Shown: positions 23,827-34,451 of the stretch, piece after piece
Position numbering within the stretch: position 1 is the stretch's first letter
Layout: each line of letters starts with the position of its first letter
NCBI GenBank assembly: GCA_043228905.1
Contig: JBHGNT010000014.1
Location: 7,936,001 to 8,000,000 of the forward strand
Direction of reading: 5' to 3'
Length of the DNA: 64,000 nucleotides
From: Azolla caroliniana
Taxonomy: Eukaryota > Plantae > Polypodiophyta
Notes under the pieces: generated by a model
Seen by the model: the letters and a program-made list of their open reading frames with translations, nothing else
Database searches by the model: none
Told to the model about the DNA's origin: nothing
Translations under genes and position numbers: made by a program

Positions 23827-26251
23827 TAGGAAGCCACCCCCACCAATCCGGATCTTCTATCGCATCTCGTCAGTGAACCGGTTCCCTATGCCTAGTGGGT
23901 CTCGCAAGCTAGGATCAGCCACTACCCCCTTTATCCGATCCCAACTATCATTAGGCAATGGGGCAGCCACAAGCTTCACCTTCTTGTCCACAGTCTTATA
24001 CTTTGTTTGCACCTTGATCGTCCTCATTTACTCAATCAACCGCCCAAGCTCTTTGATGGCCGTTTACATGTCAACTGAGTTGACTGGAATTACCTTGTCT
24101 TCATTTAGGCCCGAAAACTATCCTCTCCATCTCTCTGAGAGTGTCATTGAACGAGACCGCCTCCATGGTGCCGCTTATGGTGTCATCTTCCCCCAATAAA
24201 TTACATTGTTTGAGATCTACCTTTCTTATCTCTTGGCCCTAGGCTTATCTCTATCACTTAAACTAGTAATTTTACAAGCTCCATTTCAAGGAACCAAAAG
24301 TGTTTCCTATTACATTTAATAGATTTGCAAGGGTTTAGGGTCTTAGTTTTTTGCAACCCCACTCTTTAAAGTCCTCTTGGCTCTCCCCTTTGAGGGAGGC
24401 TCGATTGTGCTCATGGTTGGGCCTCACCGTAAGGAATTGGACCAAATGCTTCCCATCTTGGCTCTTGACCCTCCCATATGCCGATCCGTTGTCTAGCACC
24501 TTCGTCTCCATGCGAGCTGCCGTGATGTATGGTTCACCCAAGATGACCGAGTGTGAGGACGTCTCTTGAACAAAGAAATGTTGATCTATTTCGACGTCCC
24601 TGTATAGCTCCTCGGTTGCTTGGGTCACCGCTCTAATCTTCCACCCGTGGTTCGTGTTGATCGGCCACTTTCCCTTTTTACAAAATTCCATGGACATAAG
24701 GTTGATCTCAGAGCCATGGTCGATCAATGCTACAACCGGCTCTTTTACATCTCCGACCCACACTGGTGTCTCCGTTGTCAGTCTCGCCCAATGCGGCCTC
24801 ATGTAGTGATTGTCCGCATAGTCTTTGTCTTCCTCGGGCACCTCAGTTGGCAATGCATTTACAATCACGGGCTTTGCCACTTCTTGCATTGTCGAGAGCT
24901 GCTTCGCTTCCTCTTCATTAGGTCGATGATGACCTCGTGGAATTCTTTCTTGGCTATTTTGAGTACCTCTCATAGAGTAAACTCTACACGACTATCGAGG
25001 ATCCTTTCCTCCACTACCTTCTTCAAGTCCGTTGCTTGTTCGATCTCCAAGAAAAGCTTGAAGGGGGGGGGGGGGTCCCCTTCTCTTTCCATCTTTCGCC
25101 GCGTGCTTGAGACTGGTTTGGCTCTTCCCTTCTTCGTGCACCTCGAGCGTTGTATTTCCTTGATGGACCGGCTCCCTCGTCATTTCCTACCTTTTTCTCT
25201 TCAACATGTCGTGCTTTGGCCTCCTCCATTAGCCTTCTCATGCCCCCTCAGCCTTGATTCAATCCCAAGGGGTGCCTTGTCTCCGTCGAATAGACCCTAT
25301 TGTTCCAAAGATAGACAATATCCCTTCTTAGGGTCTCTTGAAAGTCTCCACACTCCCTTTGTACATGGTTAGGATTGTCGGACCACATACATCTTTGCGC
25401 GAATAGGGGACGTCGATCTTGAGGGCCGCCACTCTCTCTCCTAGCTTGCGCTATTTGGAGATCACGCACCATCTTTGTGAGCTTGTCTATTGCCGACCCT
25501 CCAGACGGTGCTTCAACCACGTTTCTCTCGGCGACGAACCTTGCATTTGCTTGCTCTCTTTCTTGAGGTGCTCTACTGCCCCTGGGTTCATGTGTCTCAC
25601 TAATGGAGCCTGTGGATGTTTGCCGCTCAATGGAGACCCATCATTCCATTCCCTTCTCTTATCAAAGTGACTACAAACCCGTTTGACCATAGCCTAATCC
25701 GTTGTGAGCTCATCATCAATTTCGAGGAGGAGCCCCACCTTCTCTCGGTCTCGTGCATCAACAACTTTTATGAATAGTAGGACCTTGCTTGTGTCAAACA
25801 CCATCCTATCGAGAGCTAAGAGTTGCACGAAGCGCTTCTCAAATTCTATTAGAAGTACCATAGTATTTCTCCCCTTGTCGGGAAGCTCAACCCATTCCAT
25901 TAGATCCCTTTTCGAAATTCTGAGTGAGTCATCAAGGTCGTACTTCTCGAGGGGTCTTTCTTTGAACACCTCCCAATTGCAAGACTCTGCTTGGATCTCA
26001 AGTACCTCTACGTGGATACTCGGTGTTACCACTCTAACGAATCCAATTAGCCACCTATCTTCAGGGACATTTCGCATAAGCATTTTGGCCTTATAGGCAT
26101 CCAAGTAGCTCATGGTATCTCTTCCTTTAAACCGACCCGTTGTGCTAACCACCGTCTCCATGGCCCGGTCTAGGCCGGTGATGCCTTCTTGGGCATTTAC
26201 CAAGCGGTCCACCGCCGCCGCCATCACTTCAGCGAGTTCTCCTCCTCGCAT
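23827..26251 (-). pseudogene. gag: gag-protease and pol N-terminus of B
   Basis: MRGGELAEVMAAAVDR and LIDHGSEINLM are homologous to D; joins 10628 across C (GGGFLL|LREEE). Confidence 0.88.
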
Positions 26252-26670
26252 ATTGGATCTCCCTTGCCACAGTTTCTTGGATGTTTCGCGCGAGTGTGTT
26301 ACTTGGGCGGGACCACCGGGGTCTTGGACTAAAGGGATAGAGAAGACCTAAGGTGTGCTTTATGACAATACTACTTCCCAACCCATTCCCGAGCAAGGGC
26401 TCATTGCCCCTTTTGTGAGGCCGGTGGCTTTAGTTGATCACGACTAGTCTAGTTTTCGAGATCACCGCACGAGCCAAGTGATCAAATGGGTACAAGCAAA
26501 GATGAGCACGCAAGATGAACGCACAAGGGGACAATAACACAAACACGAATGCCCATACGTCTTTATGAGGAGGAGAGGTGCATGGCTACGCCCGAACTCT
26601 CCGTCATCCCAAGACGTCAAATGTACAAGGAAGACACAAAACACATGCACAAATGCTCGTATACCTTTAT

Positions 26671-29600
26671 AACACCTTTGCATTCACAAGTGGAAGGATT
26701 GCGCATTCCACTTATAGATTCCTTTTATAATCTTGCAATTTTAGACAATTTCCAAAAACTTGATACACTAGTATCACATGTTTTAAATAGCATGTAAATT
26801 TTGCTAATTTTTTGAGATTTAACAAATTTCTAAATGATAATTTCTAAAATTGAATAGTTTAGGGATAATGTTTAAATGTTCATGGTTTGCAAATATGAAA
26901 TGTAGTTAGCTTAAAGAAAATCACAATTATGGTCAACTCAAGGCACAAGTTAAGATTAATGGTTTCACCGTCTTGAGAAGATTAAGGTTACATCTATTGT
27001 TAGACTTGAAAATGTTTTAAGTATAAAAGGTAATATTGCAATCCTTAATGTCATCATCTATAAATTAGTGCTCATTAACATCCATAAATTCACAACTCAA
27101 GAAATGTAGACAATATTCATAAACAATTTTGATAAATCCACAACTCCTAAAATGTAGACGATATTCATAAATTGTCAAACTTTAGATGTGAACATTAATA
27201 TATCAATTTGAACATAACACATAGTTATCAAGGTATCTACAATGTTATAATCTCCTTCCTTATAAGAATTCCCCTTCAAAATTTGTGAAGTAAATGGCAT
27301 TTGCAAAGTTCAATTACCATCAACACAATTATTAATGGTTTTCTTCTAATAAATGAAGCACATATTTACCATAAGGCATCTTGTTCTACAACATACATCT
27401 TTAAAAAACCTCTTATCTTTGAAAAACAACAAGAGTTTTAAACATGACCACGATATGTTGTATTGAATTGACATAAAAAATAGAGTTTTCATCATAACTC
27501 TATACAATATATTGAATTCATGTTCAAAGTTTTTTTACCGGATTTAAAAAATAATAATAATAATAAATTAAGCTTGATTTCATAGAAAAACCAGATTTTT
27601 CATCACAATTCAATACAATGTATCGAGTTCATGTTTAAAGTAATTTTTTCTAATTTTTAAAAAAACATTTTCAATTTGTTTCAATTTGTTTTATTTTTTT
27701 TCAAATTTTTTTTGTTTTTTTCAATTTTATTTATTTATTTATTTATTTATGGAAAAAATAATAATTTTAAACATGAACTCGATACATTGTATCGACTTGT
27801 GATAAAAACTCTGGTTTTTTCATCACTTATTAAAGCTCAAAAACAAAATTCTAAGATAGAGACGAAATTAGTACTAAGAGAGAAATATTAGTACTAAGAA
27901 GAATTTAAGGTGAAGAACACTTGAGAAAAGAAGAGAGAGAGAGAGAGTGACAGAGAGAGAGGGACTGAGAGGGAATGATGATGACATGAGTTCATCTACG
28001 GCGTATCGAGTTCATGTTGAAAAGCTAACTTTTTTACATGAACTCGATATGCCTTTTCAACATGAACTCGATACGGCGTATCGAGTTCATGCTAAAAAGC
28101 TAACTTTTTTACATGAACTCGATACGCTGTATCGAGTTCATGTAAAAAGTTTTATTTCGGATTTTTTTTATAAAATAATTACATTTTTTCCTATTTTATT
28201 TTGGTATTTTGTTTTTTTTTCTAAAAAATTTTAAGCTTTAATAAGTGATGAAAATAATATTTTTTGTATTACAATGTATGGTCTAATAGTCAAGAGCTCG
28301 ACCCATGTAACATAAGGTCATGAACTAAGCTAGCTTTTTTACAAGAACTCGATACAACGTATCGCGTTCATGTTTAAAAGCTAACTTAGTTCATGTCATG
28401 ATATGGTAGGACTCGAACTCGATACGCCGTATCGAGTTCATGTTTAAAGTTTTATTTCGGATTTTTTTATTTAAATAATTACATTTTTTCCTATTTTATT
28501 ATGGTGTTTTGTTTTTTTTCTAAAAAATAATTGAGCTTTAATAAGTGATAAAAATAACATTTTATGTATTACAATGTATGGTCTAATGGTCAAGAGCTTG
28601 ACCCATGTAAAATAAGGTCATGGGTTTGAGTCCTACCATATCATGACATGAAAAGTTTAATTTTGGATTTTTTATAAAAAATAATTACATTTTTTTCTAT
28701 TTTATTTTGGTATTTTGTTTTTTTGTAAAACAAAATTGAGCTTTAATAAGTGATGAAAAAACCAGAGCTTTTATCACAAGTCGATACAATGTATCAAATT
28801 GATGTTTAAAAAATAAAACAAAATCAATAAAAAATTATAAAAAACTGAAAAAAATTGAAACAAAATTGAAAACAATTAGAAAAAATTACTTTAAGCATGA
28901 ACTCAATACATTATATCGAATTGTGATGAAAATTATGGTTTTCTAGATGAACTCAAGCACAATTTATTATTATTATTATTTTTTAAATCCAGTAAAAAAA
29001 CCTTTTGAGCAAGAATTCAATACATTGTATGGATTTTTTATGAAAACTCTATTTGTTACATCAACTCGATATAACATATCGACTTAATGTTTAAAATCTT
29101 GTTGTTTTTCAAATAAAAGAGGTTTTTTAAACATGAACTTGAATCGTACTAAAATGTTTGTTTTAACAAAAGAAAAAGATGCATATGGATAGTGCAAACA
29201 AGTATGTTGTACAACAAGATACTTTATGATGAACATGTGCATCATTGATTAACAAAAAACTATTAATAATTGTGTTGATGGTAATTGAACCTTGCAAATG
29301 CCATTTACATGGTCCATAAAGTGTTCGTGTGGTTCTTAATCACTACTTAATGTTAATCTTTATAGTTGGAATGAAGGATGACAACATAAGTATAACTCAG
29401 ATGACAAGGAAACTTGCAAGAACTCAAGATGGGGATATTAATAGCTACACATGTAGATGGCCATGACCTAGGGTACCAATTCTGCATTGGTAAAGTTTTG
29501 GACATGATGATGTATTAAACGTTTGTAATACATCTATCATTGACATTAATGAGGTGGATATCATTATGTATGACTTTACACAAACAAAAGTTGGATGTAT

Positions 29601-30142
29601 AAGGACAACAACGATATGCATAATAAAAGAGATATTAGCAAGTCTAGAAGATATCTCAGATTGAAGGCGAAGAAGATTTATTGCACAAAATTTGGAGATA
29701 CCATTTGGTGAAGACAATGATTTGATTGGTACATTGGAAGATGAGGAGGAAGAGTCACAATTGATTCTCATGAAAAGAATGATGATAGTCATGCGAATAA
29801 CTCCCAAATGTATTTGTTGTGCAACTATATGTAACAAATTTAGACAACATTTTATCGAATGGAATAAAAACGTTCATTGTTTTGAAATATTCTACTTTGA
29901 TTTCTTTAAGATCTAAAAACTCATTAGTTGTCATTTTTCTTTAAAAATCCACAAAGTTACTTTTCATATTTTACCCAAATTTGGCATTTTTCAATTTTAC
30001 CAAATGGTGAAAATTTCAACTTTTTCATCAAGTTTTGGAGAACATGTGATACTAGTATCAAGATGTTTTGTGAAATGGCAAAAAAAACCCCAAAATCAAA
30101 CGGAATATTCCTTATCCTTCCACTTGTGAACGCAAACGTGTT
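26671..30142. mobile_element. Non-autonomous foldback DNA (TIR) element, superfamily unresolved
   Basis: TIR AACACCTTTGCATTCACAAGTGGAAGGAT versus the reverse complement at 30114-30142 (2 mismatches); TSD TTAT (or TA with shifted ends); host repeat CCTTTATGAGG restored on removal; internal inverted repeat 27290-27840/28737-29310. Confidence 0.8.
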
Positions 30143-31344
30143 TTATGAGGAGAGGTGCATGGGCAAGCCCGAATGCTCCCTCGACACAAGACAACCAAAC
30201 GTACAACGAATACACAAACGCATGCACGAATACGCGTACGTCTTTATGAGGAGAGGTCCATGGGCACGCCCGAAATGCTCCCTCCTCACAAGACGGTCGT
30301 GTGTACAAGGAAGACACAAACACATGCACAAATGCTCGTATGCCTTTATGACGAGGAGAGGTTCATGGTCATGCCCGAAACGCTCCCTGATCACAAGACG
30401 ACCAAACGTACAAGGAAGACACAAACACACACACAAATGCTCGTACGTCTTTATGACGAGGAGAGGTGCATGGGCACGCCTGAAACGCTCCCTCGTCACA
30501 AGATGACCGAACGTACAAGGAAGACACAAACACACGCACAAATGCTCATACACCTTTACGAGTAGGAGAGGTGCATGGGCATGCCCGAAACGCTCCCACG
30601 TCAGAAGACGGCCTAACATACAAGGAAGACACAAACACACACACAAAATGCTCGTACGCCTTTATGAGGAGGAGAGGTGCATGGGCACGCCCGAAACGCT
30701 CCCTTGTCACAAGACGACCGAACGTACAAGGAAGACCCAAGCACACACAGAAATGCTTGTATGCCTTTATGAGGAGGAGAGGTGCATGTGCACGCCCGAA
30801 ACGCTCCATCGTGACAAGACGGCCGAACGTACAAGTGGACGAGAACAAAGAAAGAATGAAAGAAATAAAAACCCACGAATAATATTAGCTAAATAAATAA
30901 ATATGTGTTCAATTTGAACGCAAGAGGGCGCTTTATAAAATAGGGCTTGATTAATTTGTGGCAACTTCTAGTTAACCACAAGCTCAACAAAACATAAATA
31001 CTAAATGCCCTTAGAGACGAGAGCAAATCCGAACACACGAGCACCACAAAAATGCCGACCCCAACGAACCACGACCACCCGAATGGCGAGAACACGGGTT
31101 CGCAACGACAAACGGGGTTCGCAACGTCGAACCAACGAATCTCGGGCTCACGAGAACCGTAAATGAGCACTTGGAGTGCCAATGAAAAGAAGAAGAGTAC
31201 GGGCGATGAGGGGATGAAGGGGTATGAGATGGAGAGAAGTGGTGAAGAAGAAGGTGAAGAGCTCCGATAGAAAAATGGCGATAGGCTCCTCCTCCCAAAT
31301 GAGCCCCCCTCGACCTCCTTTTATAGGAAAAAAAAGAAAGGGTC

Positions 31345-31412
31345 GACATACCGAATTTGACCTTTGTACCTCTAACTAGAAGTCAATGTGACTATCCACT
31401 AGTCCATTAACT
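31345..31412 (-). other. tRNA-Arg(TCT)-like module in the B 5' LTR
   Basis: Minus strand TGGACTAGTGGATAGTC (perfect D-arm) ACATTGA-CTTCTAG-TTAGA GGTACAAAGGTCAAATTC; resembles plant tRNA-Arg(UCU) recalled as TGGCCTAATGGATAAGGCGTCTGACTTCTAATCAGA. Confidence 0.6.
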
Positions 31413-31653
31413 CTCTTTTATATAATATGTAATTCTATATCTACTAATTCATAGCCTGCCTCCTCTCTACTTTTTATCTCTTGTCTCTCTTACTTTTTAC
31501 ACGAGCTTCAATGCCTCCTTTCCACCCTTTCTTTTCCTTTTTCTTTTGCATGTGCACAATTAATTGCCTTTGTGTGCACACACATTGCACATGCACATTT
31601 TGATCCCCCCTTACGCCGGTTTTTCCCACACTCGAGCACGGCACATCACGACA

Positions 31654-32400
31654 CCGCGCAGCACCCTCAAATTGATGGCCAAACCGAAAGAGTCAAGCAT
31701 ATCCTCGAACAATACCTCCGGTGTACAGTAAGCTACCAACAAGACGATTGGGTGGACTTCCTTGCCATGGCGAATTTGCCTACAATAATAGTAGCCATGT
31801 CTCAACTATGGTTTCCCCATTCTTTTCAAACTACGGTTTTCACCCTCGTTTCACATTTCCATTTCGGACATTTCCGTCAATCCGTGGACCGAGAGGCGTG
31901 CCCATACCTTACAAGATGTCCATCACGACGTGTCCCTTGAGCTCTGTGCTACTGGAAAACAATATAAAGCTCACGCTGACCGACATCGCTTGGTCGCCCC
32001 GACCTTTGCAGTCGGTGACATGGTTAGGCTGCTACATTGCCACATCGCAACAACCCGTCCCTACGCGAAGCTCAACTACAGAAAGCTAGGCCCCTTCCAT
32101 ATCCTCAAGCACGTTAATCTAGTTGCCTTCCTGTTAGCGCTTCCCCCCACATTTCGGCTTCACAATGTTTTCCACGTCTCTCTCCTCGAACTCAACCATC
32201 CTTCTCGCATTCCGGGACGCCAACCTCCGCCGCCGCCCGTGGATTTATTGACAAGTGAGGAGTACGAGGTTGACTGGATCCTCGAGTCCTGCTTGCATTG
32301 AAGAAGACTTCAATACTTGGTCTTATGGAAAGGTTACCCTCGTTCAGATGCCACATGGGAACCAGTTACACATTTACAAAATGCACCAGAGGCAATTCAC
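31654..32400 (+). pseudogene. pol: Integrase C-terminus and chromodomain of E
   Basis: [32 protein letters not shown]...YLVLWKGY...ATWEP. Confidence 0.88.
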
Positions 32401-32453
32401 ACTTTTTATCAACCGGTCGTCGGTGTTATACGATGGCCTTAGAGGGAGGATAA

Positions 32454-32845
32454 TGTTATAGACATATGCCACGGAGGAAGGTAGGGATTGAACCCATGAC
32501 CCTATGGTCTCTATTGGCAAACCCTACCAATTGAGCTACGTATGCATCCTTGTACCAAATCCAACTTCATGTAGTATAGATGGAAATTGGAAGTTCCTAG
32601 CTTGCATGCATCCACATTTCTAGCTTGCACACATTCTCGTGCATTCTATATTGCATCTCATGCAGGCTCTATTTCTAGATGGCTTACATAGCCCTACGTT
32701 AGTGTATAAATACTCATGTGCACCTTGATTCTAATCAAGGTAAACAACACCAGTTACGGATTCTATAAGTTGAGTTCTTGTTCTTTTCCTATGTCTTGTT
32801 TTCTAGTCTTTTCTTCACTCTACTATATTATACTTGTCCGTGACA
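32454..32845 (+). repeat. 3' LTR of E (related to the F LTRs)
   Basis: Follows PPT TAGAGGGAGGATAA; TGTTA...GTCCGTGACA; TATAAATA..GTGCACCTTGATT shared with 56511-56948. Confidence 0.85.
32474..32545 (-). other. tRNA-derived module in the E LTR
   Basis: Minus strand TAGCTCAATTGGTAGGGT ... AGGGTCATGGGTTCAATCCC. Confidence 0.72.
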
Positions 32846-32995
32846 CATACGAGCGACTGACATTGACTCCCAAAAATATGCCTACATACGAGGCTAGATT
32901 CGTGGGCCTCTAATGGCCTACCGATTCATCATGATCCAGATTACAATCCGGCTCTCCAATCCGACCCGGATCCAGTTGAGCTTTTCCACTCAACA
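32846..32995 (-). repeat. Fragment of a J/K-family copia LTR
   Basis: Resembles 57840-58046 (ACTCCCAAAA..., TTGAGCTT...CTCAACA). Confidence 0.55.
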
Positions 32996-33883
32996 CCTAC
33001 AATAACGAAGAATTTGGTCTCATTCCGCCAAATTGTGGAGCAAGGTATGCAAGTCCATTTCAACAATGGAGGTTGCTTTATTGAAAAGAATGGTTGACTC
33101 ATAGCTAGAGGACAGAGAGAAGACCAAATGTTTATTCTCAATTCAAACGAGGTAAAATCTACCATGTATGCCAAAGATCATAAGATTGAGACGAATATCG
33201 AAGTGTGGCACAAGAGAATCGGTCACATCAACCTCCAACGACTTCAAGCTATGTAGTCAAAGGGAGTCATCATCGGATTTCTGGCCTTCAGTGGAAACAA
33301 GTCGACTGAGTGTGTGAAGCATGTTAACTCGGCAAACAACATCGATTACTATTCCCAAAGGAAAGACATGTGGCCTCGGTCATGTGGTCCATTCCGATGT
33401 ATGGGGGCCAGCTCAAACGCCAACAATTGGAGGATGCCAGTACTTGGTCACCTTCATCGATGACTATTCATGCTACATGTGGATCTTCCCAATGAAGAAG
33501 AAGACTGAAGTGCTCACCCACTTCCAAAAGCTCAAAAACCAAGTGGAGAAAGAAACAGGCTGGCATATTCGATGCCTATAGTCGGAGGGAAGGAAGGAGT
33601 ACTTCTTTGACAAATTCATCTCCTATCTCCAAGGTGAGTGAATAAGTAGAGAATTTTCATTATGACACACGCCACAACAAAATGGCGTAACTGAAAGGAA
33701 GAATCAATGTTGCATGAGAAGCATATGTTGAAATTCTACTGGGCTGAGGGGGCATCAATAGCCGTCTACCTAATGAATCGGTGCATCACTAATGGAGTGC
33801 ATGAGCTAAATCCATACGAGACCTATGTTGGAAGGAATTTGGTTCTATCACATCTAAGAGTGTTCAGAAGCATAGCCTATGTA
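32996..33883 (+). pseudogene. pol: Copia G (J/K family) pol fragment: pre-integrase and integrase; resumes at 41558-~42010
   Basis: PTITKNLVS, WHKRIGH, HSDVWGP, FIDDYS, SHLRVF.SIAYV|HIP across element H. Confidence 0.82.
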
Positions 33884-34424
33884 TGTTAGGATTTTGGTCC
33901 CTCCGGATCGGATGATGAAGACCCGGTGAGAACCGGATGATGCAGGCTAGGTGAGAACCTCTCACCGGATGAAGGGACATATATGTAAATATGTTTCGGT
34001 TAGCCCATTGTGGCTATATTTGTAAATAGTCTAAAAGTCATATTAGTATAAATATGACCTAGGGCAAACACTTATGTGTTGTTGGTCATTATTGGTGTAA
34101 CTATTGTACAGAGCGTAACAGAGAGAGAGTGAGAGAGATACTTGAATAGTCTCTGTTGTAACCGCCTATTGGCGAAGATTGAGAGCACGAGGTCGTTTCC
34201 TCTGTGCTCCTCCTATTTTATTCTTCGAGACATACTGATAGTTTGGAGCTAGTGGGCTCCCCTGGTTTTTCCCATTTAGGGTTTTTCACGTAAATATCAT
34301 GTGTACTCTCTCTTGCTCTATTGTTTGTGTGTATACATGCACTCCTTCCTATTCCCTCATTTTTCTGTGGTTGATTCTAAGACTCGGTTGTGGTCGAGCA
34401 ATATTCCGCATATTCCTGTCAATC

Positions 34425-34436
34425 TGGTATCAGAGC
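34425..34436 (+). promoter_or_regulatory. PBS, tRNA-iMet
   Basis: TGGTATCAGAGC 3 nt after the LTR. Confidence 0.92.
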
Positions 34437-34451
34437 GAAACGACACAGAAA

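Larger units (their letters stand above)
5055..31653 (-). mobile_element. Non-chromovirus Ty3/gypsy element B (Phygy-like, same lineage as D) with long LTRs; contains C, D and a TIR element
   Basis: LTRs 5055-7707 and ~26265-31653, PPT GGTGGGGGTGGA at 7708-7719 (minus), flanks CTGT/CCGC as a decayed 4-bp TSD, gag/pol homologous to D on the minus strand. Confidence 0.85.
26265..31653 (-). repeat. 5' LTR of B, interrupted by a TIR element; PBS apparently lost
   Basis: Matches 5055-7707; about 8 units of the 105-bp repeat at 26560-26670 and 30143-30840; ends ACGACA at 31653. Confidence 0.85.
2937..32845 (+). mobile_element. Old Tcn1-like chromovirus E, 5'-truncated, interrupted in integrase by element B
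   Basis: Integrase reads ...FETSVNLST at ~5054 and resumes (A)[12 protein letters not shown] at ~31654; chromodomain, PPT and 3' LTR at 32454-32845. Confidence 0.8.

Noticed and set aside
27980-28445. CRISPR-like palindromic repeats
   Set aside because: Irregular spacing, repeated rather than unique intervening sequence, and location inside a TIR element
29445-29916. Host gene or transposase inside the TIR element
   Set aside because: Short ORFs with no recognisable motif; cannot be assigned without a search
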